A stretch of DNA of 64,000 nt, taken from the NCBI RefSeq assembly GCF_006345805.1, contig NC_043015.1:6324001-6388000 (forward strand). Reading direction: 5' to 3'. The translations under genes were made by a program, and so were the position numbers. How positions within the stretch are numbered: the stretch's first letter is position 1; every line of letters begins with the position of its first letter. The notes beneath the pieces are model-generated. The model was not told where the DNA came from, ran no database searches, and saw only the letters and a program-made list of their open reading frames with translations. Source of the stretch: Octopus sinensis (lineage: Eukaryota). Positions 14,096-29,410 of this stretch are shown here, one piece after another.

Positions 14096-14850
14096 ATGCC
14101 AATATATTTTCAGCCGCATTATGTGAATTGTTGCTACACTACACGGTAGGTGTACCCGCCTGTTATTGAGATGAGTGTAGTAGGATGACCGCTAGGGAAT
14201 CTAAATACGAGTTTGTTTCCTACATCATATTTGCGTTGCTGATTTAAATGTTTGTTTCTTGTCTTGTATTTTAACTTTCCATTGAGCATGTGTGGTATTT
14301 TTATTGTTGAACGCTTCGTGTATATTCGTATGATTAGTGACACATGTTTCGGCGTCAAGCAGTAATTGTTCAAAGCACATGTTGTGTGGGATGTTTTATA
14401 AAACAACACGAGGTAAAGCAGTAGAATGTGAGATTAGCGTGTCGTACTGTAGCGCACTAATAATTAAATAAGAGTGCAAGTTGTGTTATTTTATTTGATG
14501 TTTATTACACAAGACGTGTGATATATGTTGAGCTTGTTCTGTTTCACTTGCATTCATTGAAATTGGCATAAGAGAGGTGTTTCACCAGAAAGGGAACATA
14601 TTTTGACGGATGTACTAAAGTGTGGGCCCTCCTAGGGTTCCTACAATTTCATTATGTGCCTCAAGCTGCTTATTTTACATTCAAGGTCAAATAAGTCAAC
14701 ATATATTCCAATTTAATCAAAAATTATAAAGGTACAAACATATATGTGTGTATGTATGAGTGTGACTGTGTCTATATGTATGTAATTCTCTCCCGTCCTC
14801 TCCCTCGCGCTCTCTCTCTCTGTATATATATATATATAATATATATATAT

Positions 14851-15690
<840 letters not shown>

Positions 15691-15696
15691 ATATAT

Positions 15697-15731
<35 letters not shown>

Positions 15732-15735
15732 TATA

Positions 15736-15780
<45 letters not shown>

Positions 15781-15807
15781 TACACAGACACACAGATATA
15801 TGTTTAT

Positions 15808-15843
<36 letters not shown>

Positions 15844-17389
15844 GCTTGAAAACATAAATATGAAAATATGCAACACAAATATTCTTATATACATTTCTGT
15901 GTGTGTATGTCTATATGAATGTATCTTTCTATAGATGTCTGTGTATGTACGTATGCATTTCTTAAGCATATGGGTAGGTAGTTTTGAATTGAATTAAATA
16001 AATAAAGGGCACAAAATAACTAATGATAAGAACATCGGAAAGATTTTCTTTGCAAATGGAGCTTAACACTCAAACCTCCTCAGGGGTAATTATATGGGAG
16101 AATTTTAGAATATACAGAGTTTTGTATTCACACAGAAACACGCACAAATGTGTATGTCTGAGAGGAAGTGTCCGTTTTACTCTGTGTGTGTTCTCATGTT
16201 TCGTATACATATTGTGTCTGTTCTATCAAAAATGGTTCTGTATGACTTAGGTCATAGAGTAAACTTATGTAAGCAATAAATTACTATTCCATGTTCGGTG
16301 GAACATTTTTGTATCTGTGTATATGTATATATATTATGTATTTGTTTAAGCAATCTTCTGTGTGACTATACTTCACTGTATGTCTGTGAGTGTGTCCATG
16401 TCTGAGCACGTGTGTGTGTGTGCCTGTGTGTGCGATATACCAATTATAATAACTCGCAAAAACGATAAAAATCCACTTTTTCACAAACTACGTATGATAT
16501 ACAAAATACGCTGCTAGTGATTATCATTATGTGTATATATGCGTCTACATATATGTGTATAAAAGTGTATAAATATCACACACACACATATATATATATA
16601 TATGTGTGTGTGTGTGTATGCATGTATATGTATATTGATATTCATATACGTATTTATGTATATTCATGCGTGTAGATGTGAACAAAAATCATCGTTTTAT
16701 ATAATCTATTTGCCAGGAAGGATGGCAAAAAACAGGAAAAATAGCAAATATCTTTTCATTTCTTCTTTTTTCTCATTTATTCCTACCAATTCTTCATTAA
16801 AAGTTATTGTGTAAGGTATTGATTTCTTTTGTATTCCACATTCTGAGATAGATTCCTCAGCAACGCTAATAGAATTATATATTTTTTCTGACCATTTCAG
16901 ATTTGAGAAACGGAAAGTAAAGTAATGTACAGAATATAGGTAATATGTAATCCAGAGGCAAGTTAGAAAGAGGTAATCTCGTTAAGAAATAATATTAAAT
17001 TTTTGTAAATTACATAGTAATCCAATCATATGTTGCAAACATATTCTTCTACGCAAATATCGTTATACGTATGCGCTTGTATAATTGGATATGTGCGTGT
17101 TACTACATACCGCTGATTTACGTATGAATATATATATGTGTGCTTATATATCTGTATGCGTGCTCTTGTGTACGCGCCTCTGTTAAAGTATGCGTACCTA
17201 GAAATTTAAGTATATATAATGGTTATATTGATAGATATATAGACATTTGTATGTATGCATGTTTACGTAGGTTTTCGCGGAATGTAGTTATGCGTGTATT
17301 CGCTTATGTCTCTTGTGTGTCAGTATATCATTGCGTGTCGGTATATATTTTACAAGGAGTGTAATATGTTCAGAAATGCTTCATTATTT

Positions 17390-17680
17390 ATGCGCCCTTT
17401 TCAAGCCCAGCCAGTCTCATGATCCCGGTTTCTGTGGCGCATGTGTTCTCCCCAGCTCCACGGGACGCCAGTCCATCGCAGCATCACTCAAGAAACAGGA
17501 AAAAAGAGTAAGAGAAAGCTGGGGCGAAAGAATACAACAGGGGTCGCCACCACCCACTGCCTCGTGGAGCTTTAAGGTGTTTTCGCTCAATAAACACACA
17601 CAACGCCCGGTCTGGAAATCGAAACCGCGATCCTCGGACCGCCACTCCGCTGCCCTAACCACTGAGCCATTGCGCCTTCA
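17390..17680 (-). mobile_element. tRNA-derived SINE with Pol III A/B boxes and a V-domain-like segment
   Basis: On the minus strand: A box TGGCTCAGTGG (17659-17669), B-box-like GGTTTCGATTTCC (17614-17626), and gcgatggactggcgtcccgt resembling the V-SINE core. Confidence 0.85.
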
Positions 17681-17879
17681 ATATGTTCAGAAAGTAGGAA
17701 TGATATCTACTGTTACCAAAGGTTCAGTTTGAAACATTTTATTAGGCATTTATTTATTCATGCATTTATTTATTTATTTAATTAATTGATAACCCATTTA
17801 TGTTTAGCTTCAAATAATAGTTCATTCAATGTTTTGTCGTTTCGAAACCATCTGGATCTTAGATTCTATTATTTTTGAA

Positions 17880-18084
17880 CGTCTGCCAGAATACGTCTCG
17901 GTATACTTTTCTGTTATTTCCATTTGGAATTTAAGTCCTGCTATGATATGTTTTGTTTTACATCACTGTCCAATCCACCCGTCTTATGGTCGATAAAATA
18001 AACGTGCTTCTCAAATTCTGAGATTTATGTTATCGACTAATTACCTCCAGTAAAAACAATTGGTCTCTCGCCTGAATTACAATC

Positions 18085-18085
<1 letters not shown>
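17880..18085 (+). mobile_element. Decayed SINE (13734 family)
   Basis: Contains ctgccagaat, ggtcgataaaataa and ttatcgactaattacc, and ends in (ATT)n. Confidence 0.4.
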
Positions 18086-18116
<31 letters not shown>

Positions 18117-18119
18117 TAT

Positions 18120-18157
<38 letters not shown>

Positions 18158-18200
18158 TCAGTATTATTATTATTGTTATTATTATTATTATTATTATTAA

Positions 18201-18240
<40 letters not shown>

Positions 18241-18274
18241 ATTATTATTATCATTATTATTATTATTATTATTT
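18086..18274. repeat. (ATT)n/(AGT)n tract
   Basis: Directly visible. Confidence 0.95.
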
Positions 18275-18618
18275 TATGTTTGACTTTTGCATTTCATTTG
18301 TAAAAGTTGGCTCCGATTCTCACCCAGAGACATCAAGAGACAACAAGCTAGAAGTTCATGTTGGTGTTATGCCTAGGGTGCCATATATTTGGTTTAGTAC
18401 ACAGTGTTGTTCTCGAGAATGTTTAAGAAACCATAAGGAAACTATGTGTTTGTTTTAAAATTTGAGATTCATAGACAGTATTTTACGTAGGATATGGGCA
18501 GTTCCCGTGAGCAATATCTTTTGAATTTCTGCCATTTTGCTGTTTCATGGTATCTGAGCTAGGTAGCAATCAGCCACGTTTGCTATCATTCCCAGGGCAC
18601 CTATGACAACAGGTAATG
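18275..18618 (-). mobile_element. 5'-truncated R4/Dong-clade (RLE) non-LTR retrotransposon 3' end
   Basis: Minus-strand translation of 18618-18470 gives TLPVVIGALGMIANVADCYLAQIP*NSKMAEIQKILLTGTAHILRKILSM, matching the RLE C-terminal pattern (PVxxGALG...QKxxLxGTAxILRKxL). About 190 bp of 3' UTR runs directly into (TAA)n. Confidence 0.85.
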
Positions 18619-18814
18619 TTATTATTATTATCATTCAGTAGTTTTATTTTTTATAGCGTGCTTTCACTTCACTACCGAGCGCAGCTCCGTGTGCCTTGGG
18701 TATGTGCTGTGATTTGTTGTGATGCTCTGATGGTTATTGTATGGAAAGTGTTCTGCATTATTATTATTATTATTATTATTATTATCATTATTATTATTAT
18801 TATCATCATTATTA

Positions 18815-18870
18815 TTATAATTAATACTAGAAGGCAGCGAGGATGACAGAAACGCTTGGATGTCATTAGA
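18815..18870 (+). mobile_element. Isolated SINE 5' head, nearly identical to the head at 63326-63384
   Basis: ttataattaatactagaaggcagcgaggatgacagaaacgcttggatgtcattaga differs from the reverse complement of 63326-63384 by 1 substitution and a 3-nt indel. Confidence 0.65.
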
Positions 18871-21146
18871 TGTCCAGTTACCATACGCCGTTAGTGATTC
18901 TTCTAATGAAGAGAATTAGATGTGATATAATAGTAAGACAGGCAATGGTTGAAGGTTAGAAAAAGGAAGATTATCATTGTTACTACCCCTTCTATCTACT
19001 GAACTGTATACTCGCATAGCCAAGGCGAAAGCAAGATAAGTTCTCAATGCAACCGAGAAGGGAAGTCGAGAAAACCAATTTACAAAGAACCACATTATCT
19101 CCGTTTCAGTTACAGAGGCCCTGAACAGTAAATCAACTTCTCCACACCACGATGATGTAATTGTGCTTCAAGAAGAGTTACAAATATGCGCGGAGGTAAA
19201 AGAATGAAAATTTATCCACATAAGTGGACAGGTTCAAGTACAAGTGAGCGGATATCCACTAGCAAATTTCCGGTGGCGGAGCTGCAGAAGATCATGAAAA
19301 ATGCATACTAATTAAGACGGAGATGGCACATTATTACGCAAAAGAGAGAATGTGGGTTTTTGTTTCTTAATGAAAAATCCCCATCAAATGTCTGTCAACA
19401 GCTTAAACTTGGCCAGTCAGAGTCATGTGTGAGCACTAGTATCGAAAGAGAAAAAGAAAAAGGAAAAAGAAAAAAGAAAGGAAAACGTTGGCAAGCCACT
19501 ACTGAGAACCACCTTAGGTTTTGCATATGGTTTCGAGAACAAAAAATGTGCAGCACTAAAAGAAAGATCTTTGATTATGTTAATCTAATTATTTCCTATT
19601 TAAAGTTTAAATTCTCAATAGGTAATACTTCTGCCTTCTCTAATATACGGACCACATATAGTCATGCCATCTATTTGTTATTCCCTCCCGCTGCACCTGC
19701 TTTTACTTTTTATATTTTATTTTAATTTAGATAAACGGACAGATAAAGGGAGGGATACAGATATTAACATATATATTATTCTACAATGACCTACACATTC
19801 AGAATAATATATATTTAGATGCATAACTAGTTATGTATCTAAATATATTGCTTCAAAAGTTGTCGATATATGGTGATGTTTTTCATCATATTGGACACGC
19901 TCTCCTAACTCAAATATAGCTGAAGAAAATGTGTCAATATTTATGTGGAAATATCTATTTCCTATCATAGATACTTATCTTATAAGATATACTCAAATGA
20001 ACAAGTAGGGCGTCAAACAAATTATAGTACAATAGCATAAAATCAGGATTGTCATTACATCTCTCATGAGTGACCACAAGAAAATTCGAAACATCCTTTT
20101 ACAAACCAAGTAGCATTCGTTGAGGAGTGTTAGAAATTGTAATAGTCACGTTTCTATATATTCACGCCCAAGGCAATCGGACGAAACAAATTTTTCGCTT
20201 ACTAAATCCAAAATATTCAGCATCTTCTAAATATATTCAATGCTAGTCATTTGTTAAGAGCTGTGCACGAATAGAAACGTCAATTTGCTGGAATTAATGG
20301 ATGTTTTGCGACTTGGATTGATGTCAGTTCTAAATCCAATGTTTTGCCCCATAGCCTTCCATCATCAACATTTTACCAACGTTTTACGTGCAAGTTCCTT
20401 GTTCATTTGATGACACACCTTGCTTACCAGATTCTAGTATTGCTGTATTTAACATTACACAATGGACGTAGAATTCAAACATTACTAATTAAATATGACT
20501 AAAATTGATAATTATATATGATAATGCATTTTATTCTGAGTTCTAATTTTGCAGACCTTAACACTGCTTGTCTTGCTTCTACGAATAGCTGAACTATGTC
20601 AATGAAATAATTACAAATGGCACAGTTATTTTATTGGAAGAAAAGGCTTCTTTGAAACCAAATATTTATTAACAGACAAAAAATATGATTTACCTATGGG
20701 ATATTATAGAAACAGATACCATTTATTGACGAAAAGCAGTTTATTGTACTTATTTTGAATCTCAAACATAATTATATATGAAAATATAATATTTAGTTGC
20801 TGTATATATGTGTGTATGTGTGTGTCTTTGTGCGCACGTGTGTGTGTGTGTGTGTTTGCTAACCTCTCTTACGATGACCTGTTGTCTAGAAGATGGGACT
20901 ATGAATTATAAGTGTTGATTTACAAATTTGATTCACATCATACTTTATTATACTTAGACAAGTAGTGTGAGTAGAGCATCATGTAAGTTTCCCTAAAGCA
21001 ACACTTTTCGAAAACTATTTTGTTCATATTACTTCTGAATGGAATGAATGGTTCTATAAAGATTTATTATTAATTATAAACATTAAGACCTTCGTAACAA
21101 AAAAGAAGTAAGGAATATATTAGTTGATGTACTCTCAGACTTCAAG

Positions 21147-21342
21147 AGGCTACCTGGTAGAATCGTTAGCGGTATTTCGTCTGTGTTTATGTCCGGAGTT
21201 AATATTACTTTGAGATCGACTTAACCTTTCATCCTTTCGAGATCGATAAGATCATTACCAGTTCAATACTTGGGTAGATATAATCGACTTAATCCCTGCC
21301 ACACACATATCTGCTGGTATTTTGCCAAAATTTGAAATCAAT
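21147..21342 (+). mobile_element. SINE (13734 family)
   Basis: Contains ctggtagaatcgttagcggtatttcgtctg, gagatcgacttaacctttcatcctttcgagatcgataa, taatcgacttaatccc and tgccaaaatttgaaatc. Confidence 0.72.
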
Positions 21343-22514
21343 ATAGTCTGTGCCTTTTCTTCCTTATGGTTTAATTTCAAATTTAAATTTCTGATCCCAT
21401 CTTATTTAATGAAGAAAGGCCCTAAATGTGAGCTAAAGGGTGTCCGCCTATTTTATTCTCAGGCCCGATTGATTCTTTTTCTATATAAAATTTATCAATG
21501 AATAACATATACACACAGATATGAATGTAATCCAAACAACTCTGCATTATGTATTACATATATAATCATTTCTTCGTTTACTATAGGAGAATAGGACAAC
21601 ACAGTGATTATTTACTTCAGATAAGTGAGAATATTAATAAATAGCCTACAATAAATAATATTTGTATTTCATCCTTGCATATTTCGAGAGGTTCTCATTC
21701 GGTTTATTCAGAATCAAGCGAACACATCAAACACCATAAAACCGAACATTAACAAAATATTTTGAAATATATTTTCTTAAATGTATTTGACTGAAACAAA
21801 AATATGAAAGATGCTTTAAGTCCAATTGATAACTAGGATACATAAGTGACTTTCGCTTTACACTCAAATGGCCTTAATTTTTAAAAGAAATATTGCCTTT
21901 ACGACGCGGAAATACTTGATTCAATTTTGAATTTGAAAAGGAAAACAAAAATAGAAGCAAAATCAAACGAAAGAGCAAACTTATGTATATTTTATAGCTA
22001 AATTTTGGCTTTTTATTCTTTTGAATATTTTCATTTATATTCATTCAACTAAGATATACCAAATTGAATAATTTTGGTGATTTTAAAATAAAAGCGACTT
22101 TTATGTACATATATTTTTTAAAATATTAAAAAAAAAACAGTTTGCAGTAAGCAAATGCGAATATTATGAGACTGGTGGGAATCATTCAGCCGAAAACATT
22201 ACGTTTTTATTGCAATATTATAGAAAAAATAATATTTCTAATGATATATGGCAAACAACTTTTCAATGAGATTAAAATAATGCAAAATAATATTTTTCTT
22301 TCCATGTTGTTGAAAGAATAAAAATAGACATATGATTGACCAGATTCATTCATAATATCCATTAATGTGGCATTTCTTTTCAATACAAATAGATTCTATC
22401 ATAACGCATACAACATTCCTTTTCGATAAAACAGTGCGCTCAGAAATGAAAGTGAAATTAAAGTTTAAAGTAGGTTCTCAACAAACATTTGAATGCACAC
22501 ATACACTCATACAT

Positions 22515-22548
<34 letters not shown>

Positions 22549-24282
22549 CCATCGTGTATGTGGCAGTGTGATTGTTATTGCTATTTGTTGTATTTTTTAT
22601 AGTTCCTAACATAAAAGAACTATTTAATGTCTGATAGAAATGACCATCTGTAAGTGATTATGATATAGAAACGAAATTGGAAGTATTCTAATATTGCCTG
22701 CAATAATAGAGCATTATTTATAATAATCAATAACGTGTAGACAATATGCCTCGATGTATTTCGATATGAATTCTAATTCCGGGTATGTCGTTTCGTATCT
22801 GATTATACTGCGGTCAGGATTCTAAATACCAATGTTGTGTGGCTATCGTTATCGACTGTTTTCTTGAAGAATTATGTAAGTTCTAATCAACTTTACCTTC
22901 AGTCTCTTAATACAAAATAATTTAGTTGACGTAGTTACAATCTGTTTCATTCGGATTTCAAATTCTTATAACATTTGAGAAAATACTTTAAATGCTATGT
23001 GTAATTCGTATATTCATATTCCGCATGTGTAAAAATTCAAATAATATCAGTTTTACATGTCTACGTATACGAACGATTCTATAAAATCTTAGCTTTGATA
23101 ATTGAATTATTCCCGGAAAAACGTAAATTAGTACTTCAGTACGACATTATTGCGTAATATGCGTAATTATTTGACAAGAAATTTTGACGTTAAATGGAAA
23201 AACATAGCTAATGAAAATGCTTTCATAAATGTGTACATGAAGCACATTTCTGGAAACCCGCTGTTTACATTCCTCTTATCTAATACACAATCACATATTG
23301 TTGAAGAGAATCTATTGTTTTCTAATCTAATCAACTCTAATATAATGTGCATTGCGTTTCATTCATTCATCGCATTTCATTGGATGGAAAGCCCGAAATG
23401 AAACCAAAGCTATCTAGAATCAAATGCAAACATAATACATGCATTCAGAATGTATTTTCTCGCATCACGTCCCAGTGCTTTATTACATTGAATCGACACA
23501 TTAAATACCTTTAATGGAGATATTATAAAGTAGCGATTAAAAATAAGGATGCTGTTTCATGTTATTCAACTCTAGGTGCAATCTGTGTGTAATTTGATAT
23601 GCATCTGTCGGAAAGGCTTTGATGTATGTTCTGCAACAGAGAAAGCCCTGTTATTCAACATGTTGACATAATAGTAAATATATCCTCGCAAAACTGATTT
23701 AGATAAATCCTTTTGTTCTAGTGAAAACGTATTTTTCTGAATTCCGTATCAAATAAATCCAGATACTTAAATATACTTAAGATTTAGCATCCCAAACTAG
23801 ATATTTGTCAACAGTGTTGGTTAATGTTTTGTATTTTGGGGCCACCCTATCATCATATTTACGAAACCAGATACGTGATCAATTTCTTAGCAATTAATTT
23901 TTAGGAGCTTATTCTGTAATATCAGATATATTCATCAGGTGATTATAATGCTTTCTGTATTATGTGTCATATAAATATTTAACATCTTTTCAAGTGCAGG
24001 TCATTATTCGAATGAAATCTTATGTATGTTTGAAATTTTCTACCCAACCCATTCTTGGCAAAGGTAATATAAATTAAATGTGTTTTCATCGTGGAGAAAT
24101 CTTAAAGGATGAAACACTTTGGCACAAGAATTCTAATTACCTAACACATTTTAATCCAAATTTATGCCATTCTCGTAGAAATCAATATAAATTGCTGGTC
24201 TGTATTTCCGCCACAGCAGACCATACGCAAATAACAGCCGAGATGATACAGAACTTATACATGTTTGACGTTTAGCTGCATT

Positions 24283-24460
24283 AAGTTAAGGTGGTGCAGT
24301 GGGCTCCTGGGCACATTGCTCCAGTCCATTCGGCTATAATTGACTAAACCTGTGACTGAATGGTGACCCGTTCAAGAGAAACGGTGTGATCTCCGTCCCT
24401 TATACGACCTGGAGACCGGTTAATCCAGCCTAAGTGCCGTAGCTTTTGAGACGTACTTGC
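24283..24460 (+). mobile_element. Possible decayed SINE fragment
   Basis: GC-richer island with acattgctccagtccattc and ggagaccggtt resembling SINE body and tail motifs recalled from octopus repeats. Weak support. Confidence 0.3.
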
Positions 24461-24991
24461 TCATATTTACCAGTATATAATAAATCAAGAACATTATATA
24501 CTGGAAAGAGAGACTACACTAAATTTTAAGTTTTAAAAAAATCAAACAATGCCAACCACCTTCGTCTTTAAACATTGAAGAGTCGTTACATAGTCTAACT
24601 TCCCCGTGCACAATTCTACGTAGTGTCAAATTTCTTTTTACGTGTGCGACGTGTCTAATGAGTAAATGATATGCTGAGCAAATGCTATAAATGCTGAATA
24701 GCAATTGTCATAAATATATATACAAAAACCAAACGTTACACGATTATGATTTAAAAAACAAACAACTTATAAACAATAATTGTAGAAAAGATATAATAAA
24801 CACAGAATATATAAGAAAACAAATAGTGCCATACCGTTAAATATTCATTAATATGATGCTTCATGCTGGGTTTTGTCATTCTTTCTTATAACCAATATTT
24901 ATAATTGTTCAGTAATTGTTAGCAGAGAATGGAAACTATTGCAACTTACCTAAAAGAAAAGTAGAAAGAAAACCGAAATGTAATTACATTC

Positions 24992-25032
24992 ATAATAATA
25001 ATAACAATAATAACAATAACAATAATAATAAC

Positions 25033-25086
<54 letters not shown>
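24992..25086. repeat. (AAT/AAC)n tract
   Basis: Directly visible. Confidence 0.96.
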
Positions 25087-25089
<3 letters not shown>

Positions 25090-25919
25090 GATAATAATTG
25101 GTCGTGTAAAATCGATAGGAATATAAAGGATTAAATAAAATTACTGACAAAAAGTAAATAATGAATTTAACACATATAGACATCTGCAACATCAGAATAT
25201 TCGTTTTTTGTTTTTGGCGAAAGATATGTGTGTGTGTAGGTGTGTGTGAATGTGTCTGCGTCTGTGTCCGAGCGTGTGTCCGTGTGTGTGCATCGATAGT
25301 GCAATATACATAGCACATCACATAACCAATGTTGAGAATTTGATCTCCGCTTTTCTAATTTCTAAGATACATTATCGAAACGAATATGAACGATTTTTTC
25401 ACAATCTTTCTCTTATCCTACTCTTTTCAATATTAGAGAGTGTATACATGTGTGTATGTGTGTGTAAAGTAAAATTCGACTGGACACATCTTAATGCGTT
25501 TATTCTTACACCATACATGCATACTGGTTGAATAGGTCTCTTATAGAAGAATAAAACGTACGTTGACATTTCATTTTCAAATCTTTACCGTTTGTATAAT
25601 AAAGGCAAAGTCACTTTCCATAGCAGTGCGAGAGATTCTTGGTGCTCACAAGATTCTGTGGACACTATTTTTCTATAGAGGTTACATTTCTCAATGAAGC
25701 ACGTGAAAGGATGTCCTCCATGATTTCTCATTCCTAATTGATTTTCCTGTTGGACAGCATAGCCTTGATAGTTTAGATAAATCTTCACTTGTCTTGAGTG
25801 TCAGACAGATACAACCTAATTTTACTTCGCCATCAAGTTTACTTTTGCTAGATTATATCGATTATTTATGGGGTTCGTTTGTATCAAGGTCCCTTAATAT
25901 GATGGACGCGGAGTCGTGT

Positions 25920-26047
25920 GGTCGACCGTGTCTTTCATCCTTTTTTGTCGATAAAGTAAGCACCAGAAAATTACCGGCGTCGAAACAATCGATTTACCCC
26001 ACCTCTGGAAATTTCTGGCGTTGTGCCAAAATTTTAAACGAATATTA
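25920..26047 (+). mobile_element. SINE 3' half (13734 family)
   Basis: Contains ggtcgaccgtgtctttcatccttttttgtcgataaagtaagcacc, aatcgatttacccc and gttgtgccaaaattt. Confidence 0.65.
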
Positions 26048-28570
26048 AGGACACAAAGCGAAGTTCGAGAACTGTACATCCGTTCACATACATCACCTCA
26101 TGCATATACATCCTTGCATATATGGACACATACATGTACATCGAAACAAAATTATAGACATATACGTATGTCTAAACGTGTATACGATTCCATATAAGTA
26201 CTTCTATTATATAAGTCTTTCCACGATTCTATATAAATACTACTTCTATCATGAAATCACTTAAAAATTAGAATATATCAACACAGCCTTGTTAAATATT
26301 TCTGTTTAATGTTAAGTCAGATATGCCTTTTATAATATTATTTATATTGTGCAGTATGATTTTGGTCGGATAGTTGTAGCTTGTGAAATATAAATACAGT
26401 GCAAAGTTCACCTTTCACGTAAATGTCATTATAACAGGTTTTCAGTTGAATCTGCATATATACAAACACGCTTATCTGTATAATTAAATGCATATATACG
26501 CACAGGCACACACATTTAAATATAGTTATACCCACTCATATCCGTTTGCATATATTATATGCGCGTTTCTATCGTACGTAAAAATAACATGCACTAACTG
26601 CGTGGGAGGAATTGTGTATAAATAATAATAAATGTTACTTGATAACAAAGCTAAATATATAATTGCTATGAAGTAATGAAAGCCGTTTGTGAGATACAGT
26701 AATGCTAAATTTTATGCTTCATTTATTTATTACATAAATCTGTAAAATTCTGATGGGGAAAAGTTTGTGTTAATCATGTATATGTGTTCGTGTGTTTCTC
26801 TGTATCTGCTACACTGCATGAAACTTGTCTTATCAACAAGGCACTTTCTACGTTTTCTAGTGAATAGTGCTCCAAACAAATTCATGTATTGGAAATTCGA
26901 TCAGCCTTGTTTCCGCACTCACTAAAATTTTAAGTTGTATTTTTTTCATTTAAGTGTAGGATTCCGGTAAACTGAAACGGGTATGAAGAATTGTTCAAAC
27001 GTATTCAATGCAACAAGACGAGTGGGTATGCGTGTATGCCTGCATATGTATATATTAGTCTGTGCATATAAATGTGCGTAGACACACGCACATACTCGTG
27101 TGTACATGCAAACAAAACATACACATAATTATATATATATATATATATATGATTGTTTGCATATGTATATGCATTTATATATTGATGCATGTATGTGTGT
27201 ATATACATATATAGATAGGTAGATAGATAGATAAACAGATACATACATAGATAGATAGATAGATAGATGGGTATATAGATAGATGGGACTGAGTATTTGC
27301 ACATGTAAATGCGTACGCATACTATAACACATATATGTATATATACACACACATACACGAACACACACATATATATATATATGCATATATGTATGTATGT
27401 TAGTATGTATGTAGTATGTATGTAAGTATGTATATATATATATATATGCATGTATGTATATATGTTAGTATATCTATATACGAAAGGCAAAATTGGTACG
27501 TGCAAAATGTCAGACAATATGAAGCGACAGATGAGAAACCAAGAGAGTGAGAGTGAAATTATGTATTTGGTAAAATCTTTAGAATTCAGTAGAAATATCG
27601 TGTATATGTCCCTTTAACTCATAAGTTCAGATTGTACCAGGCTCAGTTCTGCTTTTTTCCCGATAACGATAAAATTATTATTAGTTAATGAATACAAAAA
27701 GTACTGCAGATCGATATGAACAAGCATAAACCAATACAACCAAAGGAACAGAACAGCAAAATGAATAAAATAGTAAAAAGATGTAGCATTAATTCTAGTA
27801 AAATGGTTTAATAAACCGCCTGTATTTCAATTCACGGAATTAATTAATGAATTGTGATTGAAGACTGCTATGTTCAGTATCATAGATGATTGAATGGTTG
27901 GTGTGTTTAGAAATGTCAGAAATGGCTAGACAGTAGAAGCTTGTTTCCAGACCGAGGAGAATTTGCCATAAAGTGTGTATCAGAAAAAATATGAACAAGA
28001 AACAAAATAAGCATTAACGACAAATTGCTTTATTATTTTGGTTCAATGTAGTTCCATAAAGCAATGCAGTATTTCCATTAGAATGAAATGCATTATATTA
28101 TTGATCTTTGTATTGCTTAGTTTCAGAATATGATTCAAGTGGAGAAGCATTCCAGATGTGACCATCTCATTGATTATTTAACAACTACATATTTTTCTGT
28201 AGACTTTCAATTTACGGTGGAAGGGTTTATTTTGAGGCTAGGTTTTCCAGCTTTTCCTAGGTTCGCTACTGATAATCTCAAAGGACAAATACAGCAGTTC
28301 TTCTATTAGTTGTGCAAAATCTAGTCAGCTAAGTGAGGTACCCAAAGTGGAATACTATAACCCCTATAAATGCAACACATTAACGCAACACGACGCCAAG
28401 AATTTCAAGCAAAAACATTTTTTTTACGTATGAAATGAATATAAAATCACGGTTGACGTCTCTGTTCATATAATTTTAGTTTTCATTACTATTGACATGA
28501 AATATATCGTATCTTATGTGAAATGACAGGTGTTCTGAATGAATTCATAAAAATGTAGGGATAAAAATAA

Positions 28571-28647
<77 letters not shown>

Positions 28648-28761
28648 TAAGTATTCATGCATACTTACACACATATATACATATATAAATACACACATTA
28701 ATATATTCATTACATTTTTTATGGGGAGAAGCCATATTTCAGGGAATGAAAGAAAATAAGA

Positions 28762-28876
28762 AAATAACACGAAGTATATTACAGAGGAAGGAAAATATTG
28801 GAAATGCTGACTTCGTGAAAACGTGTTGTTTGGTGGAGGACATGTGTGATGTGGAATTTCGCTTACATATTCATAT
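28762..28876. repeat. Dispersed direct repeat, copy A (115 bp)
   Basis: Manual alignment to 30413-30526 shows 14 differences, about 88% identity. Confidence 0.9.
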
Positions 28877-29287
28877 CTATATTTACACACACAATACCTC
28901 TAAGATATCGAAATAAAGCAGTAAACATATACACATACATGCACAGGGACTACATTCGCCAACAATAATATACATACAGAGTATGCGTGCCTGAGTGTGC
29001 CTGTGGTATATGTTGCTTTTAATCCATCAGATTAATACATTAATGTAAAAAATATAGTAAGTTGTATTTTCAGATACATTTCCTGTGATTCTACACATAT
29101 GTCATTCTACAAAGGGCATATATACGCACACACTTCCTTGTATTTATTTGTGCTTACATCTTATGGACCTGTAAGCAACGTAAATATATTGGTATATGTA
29201 TGTATGCATGCGTGTGTTTATATATATTATATATATATATATATATAATATATATATGTGTGTATATATATATTATATATATATATA

Positions 29288-29369
<82 letters not shown>

Positions 29370-29379
29370 ATATATATAT

Positions 29380-29410
<31 letters not shown>

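Noticed and set aside
14335-14380. GCC-GAAAC-ATGT-GTC (minus), a hammerhead-like 3' half
   Set aside because: No CTGANGA core or stem II partner upstream. Bare GAAAC(N)GT hits such as the one near 20276 are expected several times by chance in 64 kb.
20150-20440. Minus-strand FYSCTALN resembling an Ig-domain Y-x-C motif
   Set aside because: Flanked by stops, with no first cysteine or tryptophan in frame.
28489-28890. 133-aa ORF with a non-repetitive N-terminal half
   Set aside because: No recognisable domain. The paralogous copy at 30413-30526 is frameshifted and differs mainly by non-synonymous changes.
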